NCBI GenBank assembly: GCA_963846575.1 | Contig: CAWJWJ010000001.1 | Coordinates: 192,001 to 256,000 of the forward strand | Length of the DNA: 64,000 nt | DNA from: an uncultured Nitrospiraceae bacterium | GTDB lineage: Bacteria > Nitrospirota > Nitrospiria > Nitrospirales > Nitrospiraceae | Reading direction: 5' to 3' | Part shown: in pieces, positions 50,824 to 61,612 of the stretch | Layout of the letters: every line of letters starts with the position of its first letter | Numbering within the stretch: position 1 is the stretch's first letter | Position numbers and translations under genes: made by a program | Notes under the pieces: model-generated | What the model saw: only the letters and a program-made list of their open reading frames with translations | Told to the model about the DNA's origin: nothing | Database searches by the model: none

Positions 50824-51975
50824 ATGGCGACAAAAATGCAGCAGGCGGGTCAGCTCTGGTCCATTGTACTGGCAACCGGTGAGAGCGCCGGGGTCGATCC
50901 CTTCGTGTGCCGATGGCTGGGCCGCCCGTTACCCAAGGAATACTGCGCCTTCGTCGGAGGGCGCTCGATGTTCCAACATGCACTGGACCGGGCGGTTCAG
51001 ATTACGCCCCCGGAACGGCTGATCGCGGTGGTCGCGAAGGAACATCGCCAGGAGGCGTTTGAGCAACTCGACCGGCGCACCATCGGCGCGCTCCTGCTCC
51101 ACTCGATCCGCCAGGGAACAGTGGCAAGCCTCTTTCTCTCGCTCACCTACGTACAGGAGCGGGATCCGGACGCCACCGTGGTCGTGTTCCCTTCCGATCA
51201 TTTCGTCTACCCCGAAGAGCGCTATTTGGGTCAGGTGAAACGGGCCCTGTCGCTCGCCGAATCACATCCCGACCGGCTCCTCATGTTGGGGGCGCCACCG
51301 GACCGGCTCGAATTGGAATATGGGTGGATCCAACCGGGCCCGCGCCTGTCCGAGACCCCGGACGAGGACCTCAAGTCCGTGCAGTCAATCGTTGAGCAAC
51401 CATCTGCGGTCCAAGCCGACAGCCTGCTGCAAGCCGGAGGGCTCTGGAACACGAAAGCCTTCGTCGGCAAGGTGCGCACCCTTTGGAATCTCGGGTGGAC
51501 CTGCATTCCTCACTACATGCCCCTCTTCGAACGGCTCGGCCAGGCCATCGGTTGCCCGAACGAAGCGCTGGAACGTGACACGATCTTCCGTAAAGTACCG
51601 GCACTGAACTTCTTTGAACTCTTGCGGCAGGTGCCGGAGCGGCTGGCCATTCTCGAGCTGACCGGAGTTCTGTGGAGCGAATGGAAGAAACCGGCGCACA
51701 TCGCCGAAACCCTTCGTCGCATCGATCGGCGACCGGCGTTTCCCATGACGTGCCTCGACCGCCCGTTCGTTCCCCTCGCCAGACCGACGGTCGAGAACAG
51801 GCCCGACCTGATGGTGGCCCATTCGATCCCAACCGACATCCATGACATCGCCGAGCAGGCACTCCAGCGAGTCAGGACGAAAGGATTTCCCCTCTCCCCA
51901 AGGACCGCAAAGGGCGTCACAGCAGGCGTCGGACCGCCGGGATCTGCAGCAGTGGACCTCGAAGCGCGCCTGTAA
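50824..51975 (+). CDS. Mannose-1-phosphate guanylyltransferase-like nucleotidyltransferase with degenerate motifs
   Basis: IVLA, PKEY..F.G.RSM, VFPSDH, EYGWI, LWN retained; GGxGxRL and WSDxG motifs altered. Confidence 0.75.
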   Translation: MATKMQQAGQLWSIVLATGESAGVDPFVCRWLGRPLPKEYCAFVGGRSMFQHALDRAVQITPPERLIAVVAKEHRQEAFEQLDRRTIGALLLHSIRQGTVASLFLSLTYVQERDPDATVVVFPSDHFVYPEERYLGQVKRALSLAESHPDRLLMLGAPPDRLELEYGWIQPGPRLSETPDEDLKSVQSIVEQPSAVQADSLLQAGGLWNTKAFVGKVRTLWNLGWTCIPHYMPLFERLGQAIGCPNEALERDTIFRKVPALNFFELLRQVPERLAILELTGVLWSEWKKPAHIAETLRRIDRRPAFPMTCLDRPFVPLARPTVENRPDLMVAHSIPTDIHDIAEQALQRVRTKGFPLSPRTAKGVTAGVGPPGSAAVDLEARL

Positions 51976-52136
51976 GATCCATACCGCACCATGGCGGGCG
52001 TGAGTGAGTGGGGGCCCTCAACGGCACAGCCGGAACCTCCCCTCGGCCTGCGCCTGTGTCCGCGTCTCAAGACATCACCTGGGCGGACGTCACCATCCCT
52101 GACCATCCGGGAGGACCGCTGAAACCGGGAGACACG

Positions 52137-52793
52137 ATGGCAGCGAGAGTCGGAACCCGTTTCGCAAAGCCCGGCCCTTTCGCCCCCGCGAGGGCAGCAG
52201 GGGTGCTCTTCGTGTTGTTGCTTGGAGGACAGGCACTGGGGGCGATCCCGGCGGAATCCCCCACCAGCGCCGTGCAATCGACACTCGATGCGGTGTTCAA
52301 GATTCTTGAGGACGAAACCTTAAAAGCGCCGGGCCAATCGAATCACCGACGGGAGCTCCTGGAGGGCGTCATCGCGAAACGGTTCGACTACGAGGAGATG
52401 TCGAAACGCACGCTCGCGAAGCATTGGAGACCGCTCACCCAGGCCGAACGGCAGGAATTTGTGCAACTGTTTAAAAAGTTCTTATCCGATAAATATGCCG
52501 GGAGGGTGGAAAATTATTCGGGGGAGAAGGCGGTGTATCTCTCTGAACGCCTGTCGAACGGGTATGCAGAGGTCCGTACGAAGCTCGTGTCAGCCAAGGT
52601 TGAATTGCCGATGGATTATCGTCTGACCGCTCGCGGAGGCGAGTGGCGCGCCTATGACGTGGTCGTCGATGGCGTCAGCCTCGTCAAGAACTACCGCAGT
52701 CAATTTTCTCGTATCCTCAGGGATGCGTCGTTTCAAGAACTGCTGCGTCGGCTCCGGGACGGTACGGCCGCGGACGAAAAGCCCAAAACCTAA
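52137..52793 (+). CDS. MlaC/Ttg2D family phospholipid-binding periplasmic protein
   Basis: FDYEEMSKRTLAKHW, MDYRL, YDVVVDGVSLVKNYRSQF. Confidence 0.9.
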   Translation: MAARVGTRFAKPGPFAPARAAGVLFVLLLGGQALGAIPAESPTSAVQSTLDAVFKILEDETLKAPGQSNHRRELLEGVIAKRFDYEEMSKRTLAKHWRPLTQAERQEFVQLFKKFLSDKYAGRVENYSGEKAVYLSERLSNGYAEVRTKLVSAKVELPMDYRLTARGGEWRAYDVVVDGVSLVKNYRSQFSRILRDASFQELLRRLRDGTAADEKPKT

Positions 52794-53008
52794 TCGCAGC
52801 TTGACGAGTACCGAATGAGCCTTACCTCAGAAGTGAGCGGGGGCTTCGGTAAGAGAAACACCAGAGATACCGAGGTCGAGCGCAGGTGACGGTGAGCAGG
52901 CCCGCACGAATGAGCGGGAAGCCTGAAGTCCCTCCCAGACCTCCACCTTGACGACAGGCTCTTTACACCCGCCTCCGCTCCTCTTCTTGTGGTGACTCCC
53001 TCGCCACC

Positions 53009-53230
53009 TTAGTCGACTAACGCCTTGCCGGACGGTGCCCAGATGTCTCTCACCCATCCCATCGTCTGCATTTTCCGGCGATGTTCGAGAATGAGCGGAT
53101 CGATATGTTCTCCGCACATCACACAACGCCATCCCACGGCATCGACGCTGATCTCCGGCAGTACTTCCAGAACCATGAACCCCCCGCAACGCTGACAGTG
53201 GTGCGCAGTTTTCGCGGCAGCCCTGGCCAT
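53009..53230 (-). CDS. Small zinc-ribbon protein
   Basis: CQRCGGFM...WRCVMCGEHIDPLILEHR (two CxxC pairs). Confidence 0.7.
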   Translation of the reverse strand: MARAAAKTAHHCQRCGGFMVLEVLPEISVDAVGWRCVMCGEHIDPLILEHRRKMQTMGWVRDIWAPSGKALVD

Positions 53231-53311
53231 ATGACACCCCTTCCCGTTCAGGTGATATGTACGCCCTTCCGATGCTCCCGGGGCACAACCCTTCACGACT
53301 CATGATCCTTC

Positions 53312-53767
53312 TCAGGGCGGCCGGCTTCCCACGGTCACCTGGATCTGCTCCTTCACCTGCTCAGGATCCAACACGCCACGAAAGTGAATGGCTCCCTCGC
53401 CTTTCCGGGAACGTATGACGACGGTGCCGATTCCCGTCAGGCCGGCGAGCGGCCCCTGCCTGATGGAGACTTCGCTCACCTGGCCCAACTCGATCGCGCG
53501 GATGTCACGACCGGTCCAGCCGTTCCGCAATAACACCCGCCTGGTCGTGACCATGTAGCGCCCCCAACGCCGCAAGACGGCAGCGCAGGCGAGCAGGATC
53601 ACCGCGCCGATCAGCCAGCCAGTCCACCCGGGCATGTTCAACCGGTGCATGATTGCGGCGCGTCCCGTCACCATCAGGGCCACGAAGTAGAGCCACGTGA
53701 ATTGGCTCCAGGCCGCATAGCCATCGAAGGAGACCGATTCATGCTCTCGTAGCGATTGCTCATTCAT
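53312..53767 (-). CDS. Membrane-flanked bacterial PH domain (bPH_2) protein
   Basis: Two TM helices then [28 protein letters not shown]. Confidence 0.8.
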   Translation of the reverse strand: MNEQSLREHESVSFDGYAAWSQFTWLYFVALMVTGRAAIMHRLNMPGWTGWLIGAVILLACAAVLRRWGRYMVTTRRVLLRNGWTGRDIRAIELGQVSEVSIRQGPLAGLTGIGTVVIRSRKGEGAIHFRGVLDPEQVKEQIQVTVGSRPP

Positions 53768-54002
53768 GACGATGGTCAGCCCCCGGGACCGGAGTCAGGA
53801 TCTCCCCGCTCACAACGTCGACTCTGTGCTGCCTCCCCCTGCCCGCCGCCCGATCAGTCCTGCCGATTCTGGCCCGATTGTCCACGGTCGATGTCTCATC
53901 CTGATGATTTCTGCTACAGCAGCGCTTGTCCCGGTCTGTCCAAAGACCTCGAGGAATCCCGCGATATTCGTGCGTTTCCACTTCCTGCCGCCCCATCCTT
54001 CG

Positions 54003-54018
54003 TGGTCTATGCCTTGCA
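54003..54018 (+). promoter_or_regulatory. Possible sigma-54 promoter of the acsA operon
   Basis: TGGTCTA-TGCC-TTGCA with correct spacing, about 30 bp before ATG 54047. Confidence 0.45.
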
Positions 54019-54046
54019 GAACCCATGCTCAACGACGGAGAGCACG

Positions 54047-55420
54047 ATGCCCTGGAGACCGATCATCAAATCCAGACGGGAGTGGGACGTCATTCCGAAC
54101 CTCCACGACTACGAAACGGTTCGATCACACTTTTCCTGGGCTCATGCGCGAGCTGAGCTGGACGGGCTGCCCGGGGGAGAGGGACTGAATATCGCCCACG
54201 AAGCCGTCGTCCGTCATGCGGTTGGTCCAACGGCGGAGCGGACGGCCATCCGCTGGCTGGGGAAAAACGGGGAGGTGGTAGATTATTCGTACCGGGACCT
54301 GAACGAACTGACCGATCGCTTCGCCAACGTCCTCCATTCACTCGATATCACCAAAGAAGACCGCGTGTTCGCCCTGGCCGGCCGTGTTCCTGAACTCTAC
54401 ATCACGGCCCTCGGCAGCTTGAAGCACGGGGCGGTCTTCTGCCCGCTATTCTCCGCCTTCGGTCCCGAGCCGATCCGCGCGCGCTTGACCATCGGCCAGG
54501 CCAGGCTGTTGGTGACCACGGAGTCCCTGTATCTGCGCAAGGTGGCGGCCATCAGGGACTCCCTCCCCGACCTCGAACAGGTCCTGCTGATCGGCGACAA
54601 GGGAGAGCCGTCGAATCAGCGCGGCACCCTGGATTTTCATACGTCGCTGAGGAATGCTCCCGCACCGTATCGAATCCAGCCGACCGCTCCCGAAGACCTC
54701 GCGCTGCTCCATTTCACCAGCGGCACGACGGGAACCCCGAAGGGCGCCATGCACGTGCATGAGGCCGTAGTGGCCCATCACATGACCGGCAAGCTCGCCC
54801 TCGACTTTCATCCCGACGATATTTTCTGGTGCACCGCCGATCCCGGATGGGTGACCGGCACGTCCTACGGCATCATCGCCCCGCTCACCCACGGCCTCAC
54901 CTGCATCGTGGATGAAGCGGATTTTGACGCCGGGCGCTGGTACGGCATTTTGCAGGATCAGCACGTGTCGGTCTGGTATACGGCGCCGACCGCCATCCGG
55001 ATGATGATGAAAATCGGGACCGCCTCCCTGCGGCACTATGATCTGCGCGACTTGCGGTTTCTCGCCAGCGTGGGCGAACCGCTCAATCCCGAAGCCGTGG
55101 TCTGGGGACAGGAGGCGTTCGGGCATCCCTTCCATGATAATTGGTGGCAAACCGAAACGGGCGGCATCATGATCGCGAACTATGCGGGCATGGATATACG
55201 GCCCGGGTCGATGGGCCGGCCCCTGCCCGGGATCGAAGCCGGCATCGTCAAGAAAACGGACTCGGGAGAGGTCACGATTGTGGAGGAACCGGGCCGGCAG
55301 GGCGAACTGGCCATCCGACCGGGCTGGCCCTCCATGTTCCGCGGCTATTGGACTGAGCCGGAACGGTACAGGAAATGTTTTTCCGGCGGATGGTATCTGA
55401 CCGGTGATCTCGCGAAGAAA
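54047..55420 (+). pseudogene. acsA: Acetate--CoA ligase, C-terminally truncated
   Basis: [48 protein letters not shown]; similarity ends before the hinge and C-terminal domain. Confidence 0.85.
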
Positions 55421-56168
55421 GGTCCCGACGGAGCGATCACCTTGGAAGATGTCGGGCGGGTCGGCGCGATCGCGGGAATCGCCAAACCGGCAGAGGCATC
55501 TGAGCGGCAGGCGCGCATGCGCCACGATCGCCGCCGCGATGGCACGGTCCAAACGCGAGATTCCCCATTACTACCTGAACAGCACCATCGACATGGGACA
55601 GGCCATCGCCTGGTTGACGCGCACGAATGAGACCGGTGCGGTGACGGAGCGCCTCCTCTATGGGGTCCTCCTCATCAAGGCCGTGGCCCTTGCGCAGCGT
55701 CGGATCCCCGAGTTGAACGCGCGCTGGAAGGAAGGAGCGGCGGTGCGAAGCGACAGGATCCATATCGGCACGGCCATTTCCCTGCGCCAGGGCGGACTGG
55801 TTGCGCCGGCCTTGCATGACGCCGATCAGCTCGGCTTGACGGACTTGATGACAGGATTTCAGGATCTGGTGAAGCGGGCCCGGGCCGGCTCCTTACGCAG
55901 CTCGGAACTGTCCGACCCCACGATTACCGTCACCAGCCTCGGCGAACAAGGGGTGGAAACCGTCTTCGGAGTGATTTATCCTCCTCAAGTCGCGTTGGTC
56001 GGATTCGGCAAACTGGTCGAACGTCCGTGGGTGGTGAATGGCCGGATTGTCCCCCGGCCGGTGATCACGGCCTCCCTGTCCGCAGACCATCGTGTCAGCG
56101 ATGGCCATCGTGGAGGACTGTTTTTGGCGGAGATCGATCGCCTCCTGCAGGAGCCTCAGACGCTATGA
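55421..56168 (+). pseudogene. pdhC: Dihydrolipoamide acyltransferase E2, N-terminally truncated and frameshifted
   Basis: [11 protein letters not shown] (end of the E3-binding domain) in the acsA frame; frameshift near 55523; then [26 protein letters not shown] catalytic domain. Confidence 0.85.
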
Positions 56169-56422
56169 ACAACAGGCCGCCGCCGAATGATCATCGCACT
56201 GTGGTCCTGCGTCTCCTGGGGGACGTCGCCCCCGAGGCAGATCTGAGCTCTATCCGGCCGGAGGTCAGTTTTCGCGATCAACTCGATCTCGACTCCATGG
56301 ACTTCCTCAACTTCGTCGTGGCCCTCCACAAGGAATTCCACATTGAAATTCCTGAATCGGACTATCCGAAATATATCACCCTGGACGGCTGCCTCGCCCA
56401 ACTGGCCGCGGCACGACCATGA
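56165..56422 (+). CDS. Acyl carrier protein
   Basis: DLDSMDF phosphopantetheine site, EIPESDY; ATGA overlap with pdhC. Confidence 0.88.
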   Translation: MNNRPPPNDHRTVVLRLLGDVAPEADLSSIRPEVSFRDQLDLDSMDFLNFVVALHKEFHIEIPESDYPKYITLDGCLAQLAAARP

Positions 56423-57099
56423 AGAGTACCCCGTCGCGGCAGCCCCACACCTGCATCTTGAAGGTTCTCGTCGGCTCGCATGCGCACGGGCTGGCCGGTC
56501 CCGATAGCGATAAGGATTTCCGGAGCGTCCTTGCCATCCCCACAACCGACATGTTTCGCGTCGGCTTCAAATACCAGGGCATGCGAATGGTGAAGGAGGA
56601 GGACGACGAAACGGCGTGGGAGATCGCCCATTTTCTTTTCCTGGCGCTGCAGGGCCACCCGCTGGTGCTCGAGACCTTTCTCGCGCCGGTCGTGGAGACG
56701 GATGACTGGGGAACGGAACTCCGGGCGCTGTTCCCGCGGCTCTGGTCCCCGCGGAGCGCCTATGATTCGTTCATGAATTATTGCGAGAACCAGCGCAAAA
56801 AAATGTTGGAGAAGAAGGACGGCCGCCCGGCCAAATACGCCGCGGCTTATGTGCGGGTGCTCTTCAATCTCTGTGAGCTGTTGGAACGGGGGACGTTCAC
56901 CGTCCGGATCGCGGACACCACCATCGGTGACAGGCTGGGAAAGATCAAAGCCGGCGAGTACCGCCCCGGCGAGGTGATTGATCTGGGCGAGCAGTGGGCA
57001 GAGACGGCGGCCGGCCTGCTCACGCGCTGTTCCCAACAGAGTCGCCCCGACCAGGCCGACGAGTTCCTCATCAGGCTGCGCACCTCGTTTCTGCGCTGA
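56419..57099 (+). CDS. Pol-beta superfamily nucleotidyltransferase (YcgL/RlaP-like)
   Basis: VGSHAHGLAGPDSDKDFR (GS..DxD), WEI..FL.LAL.G.P..LE; ATGA overlap with the ACP gene. Confidence 0.8.
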   Translation: MKSTPSRQPHTCILKVLVGSHAHGLAGPDSDKDFRSVLAIPTTDMFRVGFKYQGMRMVKEEDDETAWEIAHFLFLALQGHPLVLETFLAPVVETDDWGTELRALFPRLWSPRSAYDSFMNYCENQRKKMLEKKDGRPAKYAAAYVRVLFNLCELLERGTFTVRIADTTIGDRLGKIKAGEYRPGEVIDLGEQWAETAAGLLTRCSQQSRPDQADEFLIRLRTSFLR

Positions 57100-57152
57100 C
57101 CGCCGGTGCACAGAGGTCGCGGACAGCACCTCCCATCCTTCCTCCAGACGGG

Positions 57153-58412
57153 TTATTTGGACTGGACCAACGGAATGGCGGCCGTGACGGTCGTGCCCCC
57201 GCCACGGCGGCTCTCGACCGTGAATCGCCCGCCCATCGCACGCATGCGCTCGCGCATGATGATCAATCCGAATCCCGGCTGCGCGGCTTCACGCGCATCC
57301 TTGTCGAATCCCTTTCCCATATCGCACACGGTCAGCACGAGTTCCTGATCGGTCGTGGCGAGCGCCACCTCCACCTTCTTCGCATCCGCATGTTTCGCCA
57401 CATTCACCAGGGCTTCCTGCAGCACCCGGAACAAGGCGACCGCCTGGTCCGGACGACAGCCGGTGGGAACCTTTTCGGCTTCGAAGGCGATCTGCGGCCT
57501 GGCAAACATGTTGAGGTCGTCGATGTACTCCTTCATCGCCACGTGCAGTTCGCAATGGTCCAGGAAGCCGGAGTGCAATCGATGCGCGAGATGATGAAGG
57601 TCCACTCCCAGATGAGACAGATGCCGCTTGATCTCATGCAGCTTCGCGATGACAGCTGTCTCCAATCCCTGGCGTTGCTCGAGCAGCGACATATCCCGTA
57701 TGAGCGTCGTCATCCGTTGACTGAACTCCACCTGCAGATCTCGGGCGATGCGTTGCCGGACCTCCTGCTCCATGGTCAGCAGACGGGCGCTCAACGCGCG
57801 TAACTCCTCCTGGCTCTCCTGGAGAGCCCCTTCCTGCTCCCTCAACCGCTCTTCCGCCTGCTTGCGCGCCGTGATGTCGGTCATGGCGAGACGCACCTGG
57901 AGCAATTCATCCCCGCTGTCGACCAGGCGGGCGTCGATCAGGACCGTCTTCGGCTCCCCCACCGACATCAGCTCCACCTCGCAAGACAGGGCGCCGGACG
58001 TCACCAGGACCTCACGGCATTGCTGCGTGAAGCGCAAGACATCGCGCTCCGCCACGAACTCGGCCAACCGACGCCCGACAATCTCCGCCCGCCCGAGTCC
58101 GAGCAGCCGCTCGCCTGCCCCATTGATTTGTTCGATCCGCAGTTCCGGGTCCAGGGTCACATAGGGAGCGGGAGCGGATTCGTACAGATCGCAGTAGCGG
58201 TCCCGGCTATCCTCTGCATCCTGGCGCGTCCGGCGCAGCTCCTCACATTGCAGCTCGAGTTCGATCTGATGCACCCGCAGCTCATGCACGAGAGCCTCAA
58301 TGTTTTCCGGCGCCAGACTGGGCACAGTTTTGGCAATCCGGTCCCCCAGCGAGACCTCGGCGCGCTTTCGAAGTTCCGCTGCCTCCGCCTCAGGGGGGCG
58401 TTTTCGGCTCAT
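57153..58412 (-). CDS. PAS sensor kinase homolog (HisKA_3) lacking the canonical phospho-His
   Basis: HELRVHQIELELQCEEL coil, PAS domain, ARDLQVEFSQ H-box, intact NVAKHA/DMGKGF/GFGL. Confidence 0.88.
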   Translation of the reverse strand: MSRKRPPEAEAAELRKRAEVSLGDRIAKTVPSLAPENIEALVHELRVHQIELELQCEELRRTRQDAEDSRDRYCDLYESAPAPYVTLDPELRIEQINGAGERLLGLGRAEIVGRRLAEFVAERDVLRFTQQCREVLVTSGALSCEVELMSVGEPKTVLIDARLVDSGDELLQVRLAMTDITARKQAEERLREQEGALQESQEELRALSARLLTMEQEVRQRIARDLQVEFSQRMTTLIRDMSLLEQRQGLETAVIAKLHEIKRHLSHLGVDLHHLAHRLHSGFLDHCELHVAMKEYIDDLNMFARPQIAFEAEKVPTGCRPDQAVALFRVLQEALVNVAKHADAKKVEVALATTDQELVLTVCDMGKGFDKDAREAAQPGFGLIIMRERMRAMGGRFTVESRRGGGTTVTAAIPLVQSK

Positions 58413-58442
58413 GCTTCCTCCGCTCGGTTCGACTCGTCACGG

Positions 58443-61400
58443 TCACGCCGGCTGCTTCACGTCCTCGTAATCGCGATACGGATCGGCTTGCCTCTTCTGT
58501 CCCGTGTGAGACCCTACGTCTTCGGCAGCGGTGACGTCAATCGCTATCACCCACTCGTGCCACCCCGGAACGGACAGGGACTGGGAGGCGTTGGAGACGG
58601 CAAGCGTCTTGACGCTGCCGTCCTTGCAGGTCACCCGCACCGGCCAATTGTGCACTTGCCCATCCAGCTGCCGGAGGGCTTGACCCAGCTGCTCCCGATA
58701 GGCCGCATCGGGAAACAGCCAGTTGAACACCTCCGCATGGCCCACCACCTCGCCCGTCTGGTACCCGGTCACCCTTTCACACTCGCTATTCCAGACCGTG
58801 ATTGTGCGGTTGGATCCAAGTGCGGCCAGCATCACGGGCAGGCGCTCCAGCAGCCGGCCGGTCATGGCCTCCTTTTCGGCAACGGACTGCTCCAGCCGCT
58901 TCATCGGTGTGATGTTGGTAAAGGTGAGCACCGCGCCGTCGATGACATGGTCCAACGTCCGATAGGGCGAGGTCCGCATCAGGAACCATTGGCCGGACTT
59001 GGTTTCGACCTGCGTTTCTCTGGGGATCAGGCTGTCCAGGACCTCCCTGACGTCTTCGGACAACCGTTCGTATTTCAAATTCGTGGCCAGATCGCTGAGG
59101 GGCCGGCCGATGTCCCCTTGAATGAGATTGATGACCTTGGAGGTTTGCGGCGTGAAGCGTTTTACAAGTAAGCCGTTATCCACGAACACCGTCGCGATGT
59201 CCGTACTGTTGAGCAGGTTCCGCATGTCGCTATTGGATTGGGACAACTCCTCGAGCTTCTCCTGCAGCTCCGCATTGACCGTGACCAGTTCCTCATTCAT
59301 GGACTGCATTTCTTCTTTGGACGTCGTCAGTTCTTCATTGGTGCTCTGCAGTTCCTCGTTCATGGACTGCAGTTCCTCATTGGCCGACTTGAGATCCTCC
59401 TGCGACGTTTCCATGGCTTCAACCGTGGCGTGGAGCTGCCCCTGGAGACGTGACAGTTCCTGTTCGAGTCCTGAAACGGTGGTCTCCGGGCGGGTTCGCC
59501 CCTTCATCGATTTCTCCGGCCGCGCCGTTGACTCCGCGATGGCCTCAAACGTCACCAGGACCAGCCCCTTGGATCCGGTCTGGCCGGTCACCGGATGAGC
59601 CCTCAGATTCACCAGCCCCTCGCCCCCGTTCATACGCACCCGCAGGCCTTTGGCCGCCGCCTCCTGCTTGCGAAGCAACGCCTTACGGATCAAGGCTCCC
59701 AGTTCCATCCGAAGGCCTTCGCGCGCCATCGCAAAGAGGTTGAGCGAGGCTTCGCCGCTGGCGGGTTCGAGAAACTGGCCGGTCTTGCCGTGGATGTACA
59801 GGATCTCTCCGGTTTCGTTGACCAGGACGGCGGGAGGCGCAAAATGCTGGAGCAAGACATCGCGTGAGAGCTCGGGCAGGGGACGATCGATCCGGGGCGC
59901 CTGCTCCCGCCGTTTGTCCTCCCTCCTGACCCAGGACGCGGCCGCGCTCCTTCCCAGTCTGGCCGCGAGAGCCGCCGGCAACTCGCGCCGGCGGAAGATT
60001 TTACTTTTGGCATCGATCGGGGAAAACAGGGTGCGGAATTCGCCGATCGTTTCCGACGAGCCGAGAAACAGGATGCCCTCCGGCGCGAGCGCATGGTGGA
60101 AGAGGGGCAACAACTTCTTCTGCAGGTCGGCGGTGAAATAAATCAGTACATTACGGCAACTGATCAGATCGATTCTCGTAAACGGCGGGTCCATGATCAT
60201 GTTCTGGGGAGCAAATACGATCATTTCTCTGATCCCCTTCTGAACCCGATAGCCCTGCTCTTCCCGGGCGAAAAATCTCTGCAAACGCTCGGGCGAGACT
60301 CCGGATTCGATATCCGGGCCATAGAATCCCTGGCGTGCCCGCTCGATGGCCTCTCTGTTGAGATCGGTCGCGAAGATCTGCACTTTGATCTGCCCTTCCA
60401 GATTCGCCTGCTTGAGGCATTCACGGACCAGGATCGCCAGCGAATAGGCTTCTTCGCCGGTCGAGCTTCCCGGCACCCAGATACGCAGGGTGGACCCGTA
60501 TTGGCGCCGGATCAGCGCGGGCAGAACTTTTTCTTTCAGAATCTGAAACGAGTCCGGATCGCGAAAGAATCCCGTGACACCGATCAGCAACTCCTTGAGC
60601 AACAACTCGCTCTCGTGAGGGTTCTCTTTCAGAAACCGCGCATAGTCTTCCACGGTCTCGATCTGGTGCAGCTGCATACGCCGGTCGATCCGGCGTTGAA
60701 TCGTGCTCGGTTTATAGAGAGACACATCATGGTCGGTCTGGGCCCGCAGGATTGCCACGACTTCCCCGACTCCCTCCGCGGCCCCGCGGTCTCTGGACGC
60801 CACCTCCTCCTTCGTGCTGCCGGCATGCGCCACATAGGCCATCAATCGGGCCGGAAGCACTCCCGCCGGTGCCACATAGTCCACCAGGCCGGTCGCGATG
60901 GCACTCTTCGGGAGGCTGGTACAGGTTGCGCCGGCCGGGTCTTGCGCCATCGCCATCCCCAGATGTTGCTTGACCGCCTTCACGCCCAGGATACCGTCGT
61001 GCCCGGTACCGGACAGGATGATGGCCACGGCCTGACGCCCTTGGTCCTCAGCCAGCTGCTGCAGGAAATAATCGGTGGGACGCAGTGCGTCGCGTGGCAC
61101 GTCGGACTCCGCTGGCTGCAGTCGGCCACGTGTTATCCGCAGGTATTGATTCGGGGCGAGAAGGTAAATACGGTCAGGCCGGACGACCGTCTTCCCGGAC
61201 ACCTCGACGATCGGCATGGCAGTCGATCGGCTGAGGAACTCGGTCAATGTCTCTTTGTGCCGTGAATCGTGGTGCGACAGGATGACAAACGCCACGCCGC
61301 TGCGGGCCGGCATCCGGGAAAAGAATTGCTGGAACGCGTCCCAGGATCCACCCGATCCGCCCATCCCAACGATGTAGGAGGGGCGTTTGGTTCCGGCGCC

Positions 61401-61475
61401 CGAAGGCGAGGCCTCAGCTGCAGGCTTGGCCTGACGGGCCGGACGGCGTGAACTGGGTGTTCTTTTTGCAGCCAT
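58443..61475 (-). CDS. CheB-CheR-coiled coil-PAS fusion (copy 2)
   Basis: GGSGG / SH / [40 protein letters not shown] heptads; PAS domains. Confidence 0.92.
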   Translation of the reverse strand: MAAKRTPSSRRPARQAKPAAEASPSGAGTKRPSYIVGMGGSGGSWDAFQQFFSRMPARSGVAFVILSHHDSRHKETLTEFLSRSTAMPIVEVSGKTVVRPDRIYLLAPNQYLRITRGRLQPAESDVPRDALRPTDYFLQQLAEDQGRQAVAIILSGTGHDGILGVKAVKQHLGMAMAQDPAGATCTSLPKSAIATGLVDYVAPAGVLPARLMAYVAHAGSTKEEVASRDRGAAEGVGEVVAILRAQTDHDVSLYKPSTIQRRIDRRMQLHQIETVEDYARFLKENPHESELLLKELLIGVTGFFRDPDSFQILKEKVLPALIRRQYGSTLRIWVPGSSTGEEAYSLAILVRECLKQANLEGQIKVQIFATDLNREAIERARQGFYGPDIESGVSPERLQRFFAREEQGYRVQKGIREMIVFAPQNMIMDPPFTRIDLISCRNVLIYFTADLQKKLLPLFHHALAPEGILFLGSSETIGEFRTLFSPIDAKSKIFRRRELPAALAARLGRSAAASWVRREDKRREQAPRIDRPLPELSRDVLLQHFAPPAVLVNETGEILYIHGKTGQFLEPASGEASLNLFAMAREGLRMELGALIRKALLRKQEAAAKGLRVRMNGGEGLVNLRAHPVTGQTGSKGLVLVTFEAIAESTARPEKSMKGRTRPETTVSGLEQELSRLQGQLHATVEAMETSQEDLKSANEELQSMNEELQSTNEELTTSKEEMQSMNEELVTVNAELQEKLEELSQSNSDMRNLLNSTDIATVFVDNGLLVKRFTPQTSKVINLIQGDIGRPLSDLATNLKYERLSEDVREVLDSLIPRETQVETKSGQWFLMRTSPYRTLDHVIDGAVLTFTNITPMKRLEQSVAEKEAMTGRLLERLPVMLAALGSNRTITVWNSECERVTGYQTGEVVGHAEVFNWLFPDAAYREQLGQALRQLDGQVHNWPVRVTCKDGSVKTLAVSNASQSLSVPGWHEWVIAIDVTAAEDVGSHTGQKRQADPYRDYEDVKQPA

Positions 61476-61612
61476 GACAGATGTTCGCGTCCCCTACGAT
61501 GACACGGCTCGAGCTCAGCAGAAAACGTGGGCGTCTGTTCCTCTCGAAACCCGCACCGTACCGTGGCGTCGCCTTCACCCGCAACAGCCCCGGCCGATCT
61601 CTGATCAGTCGA

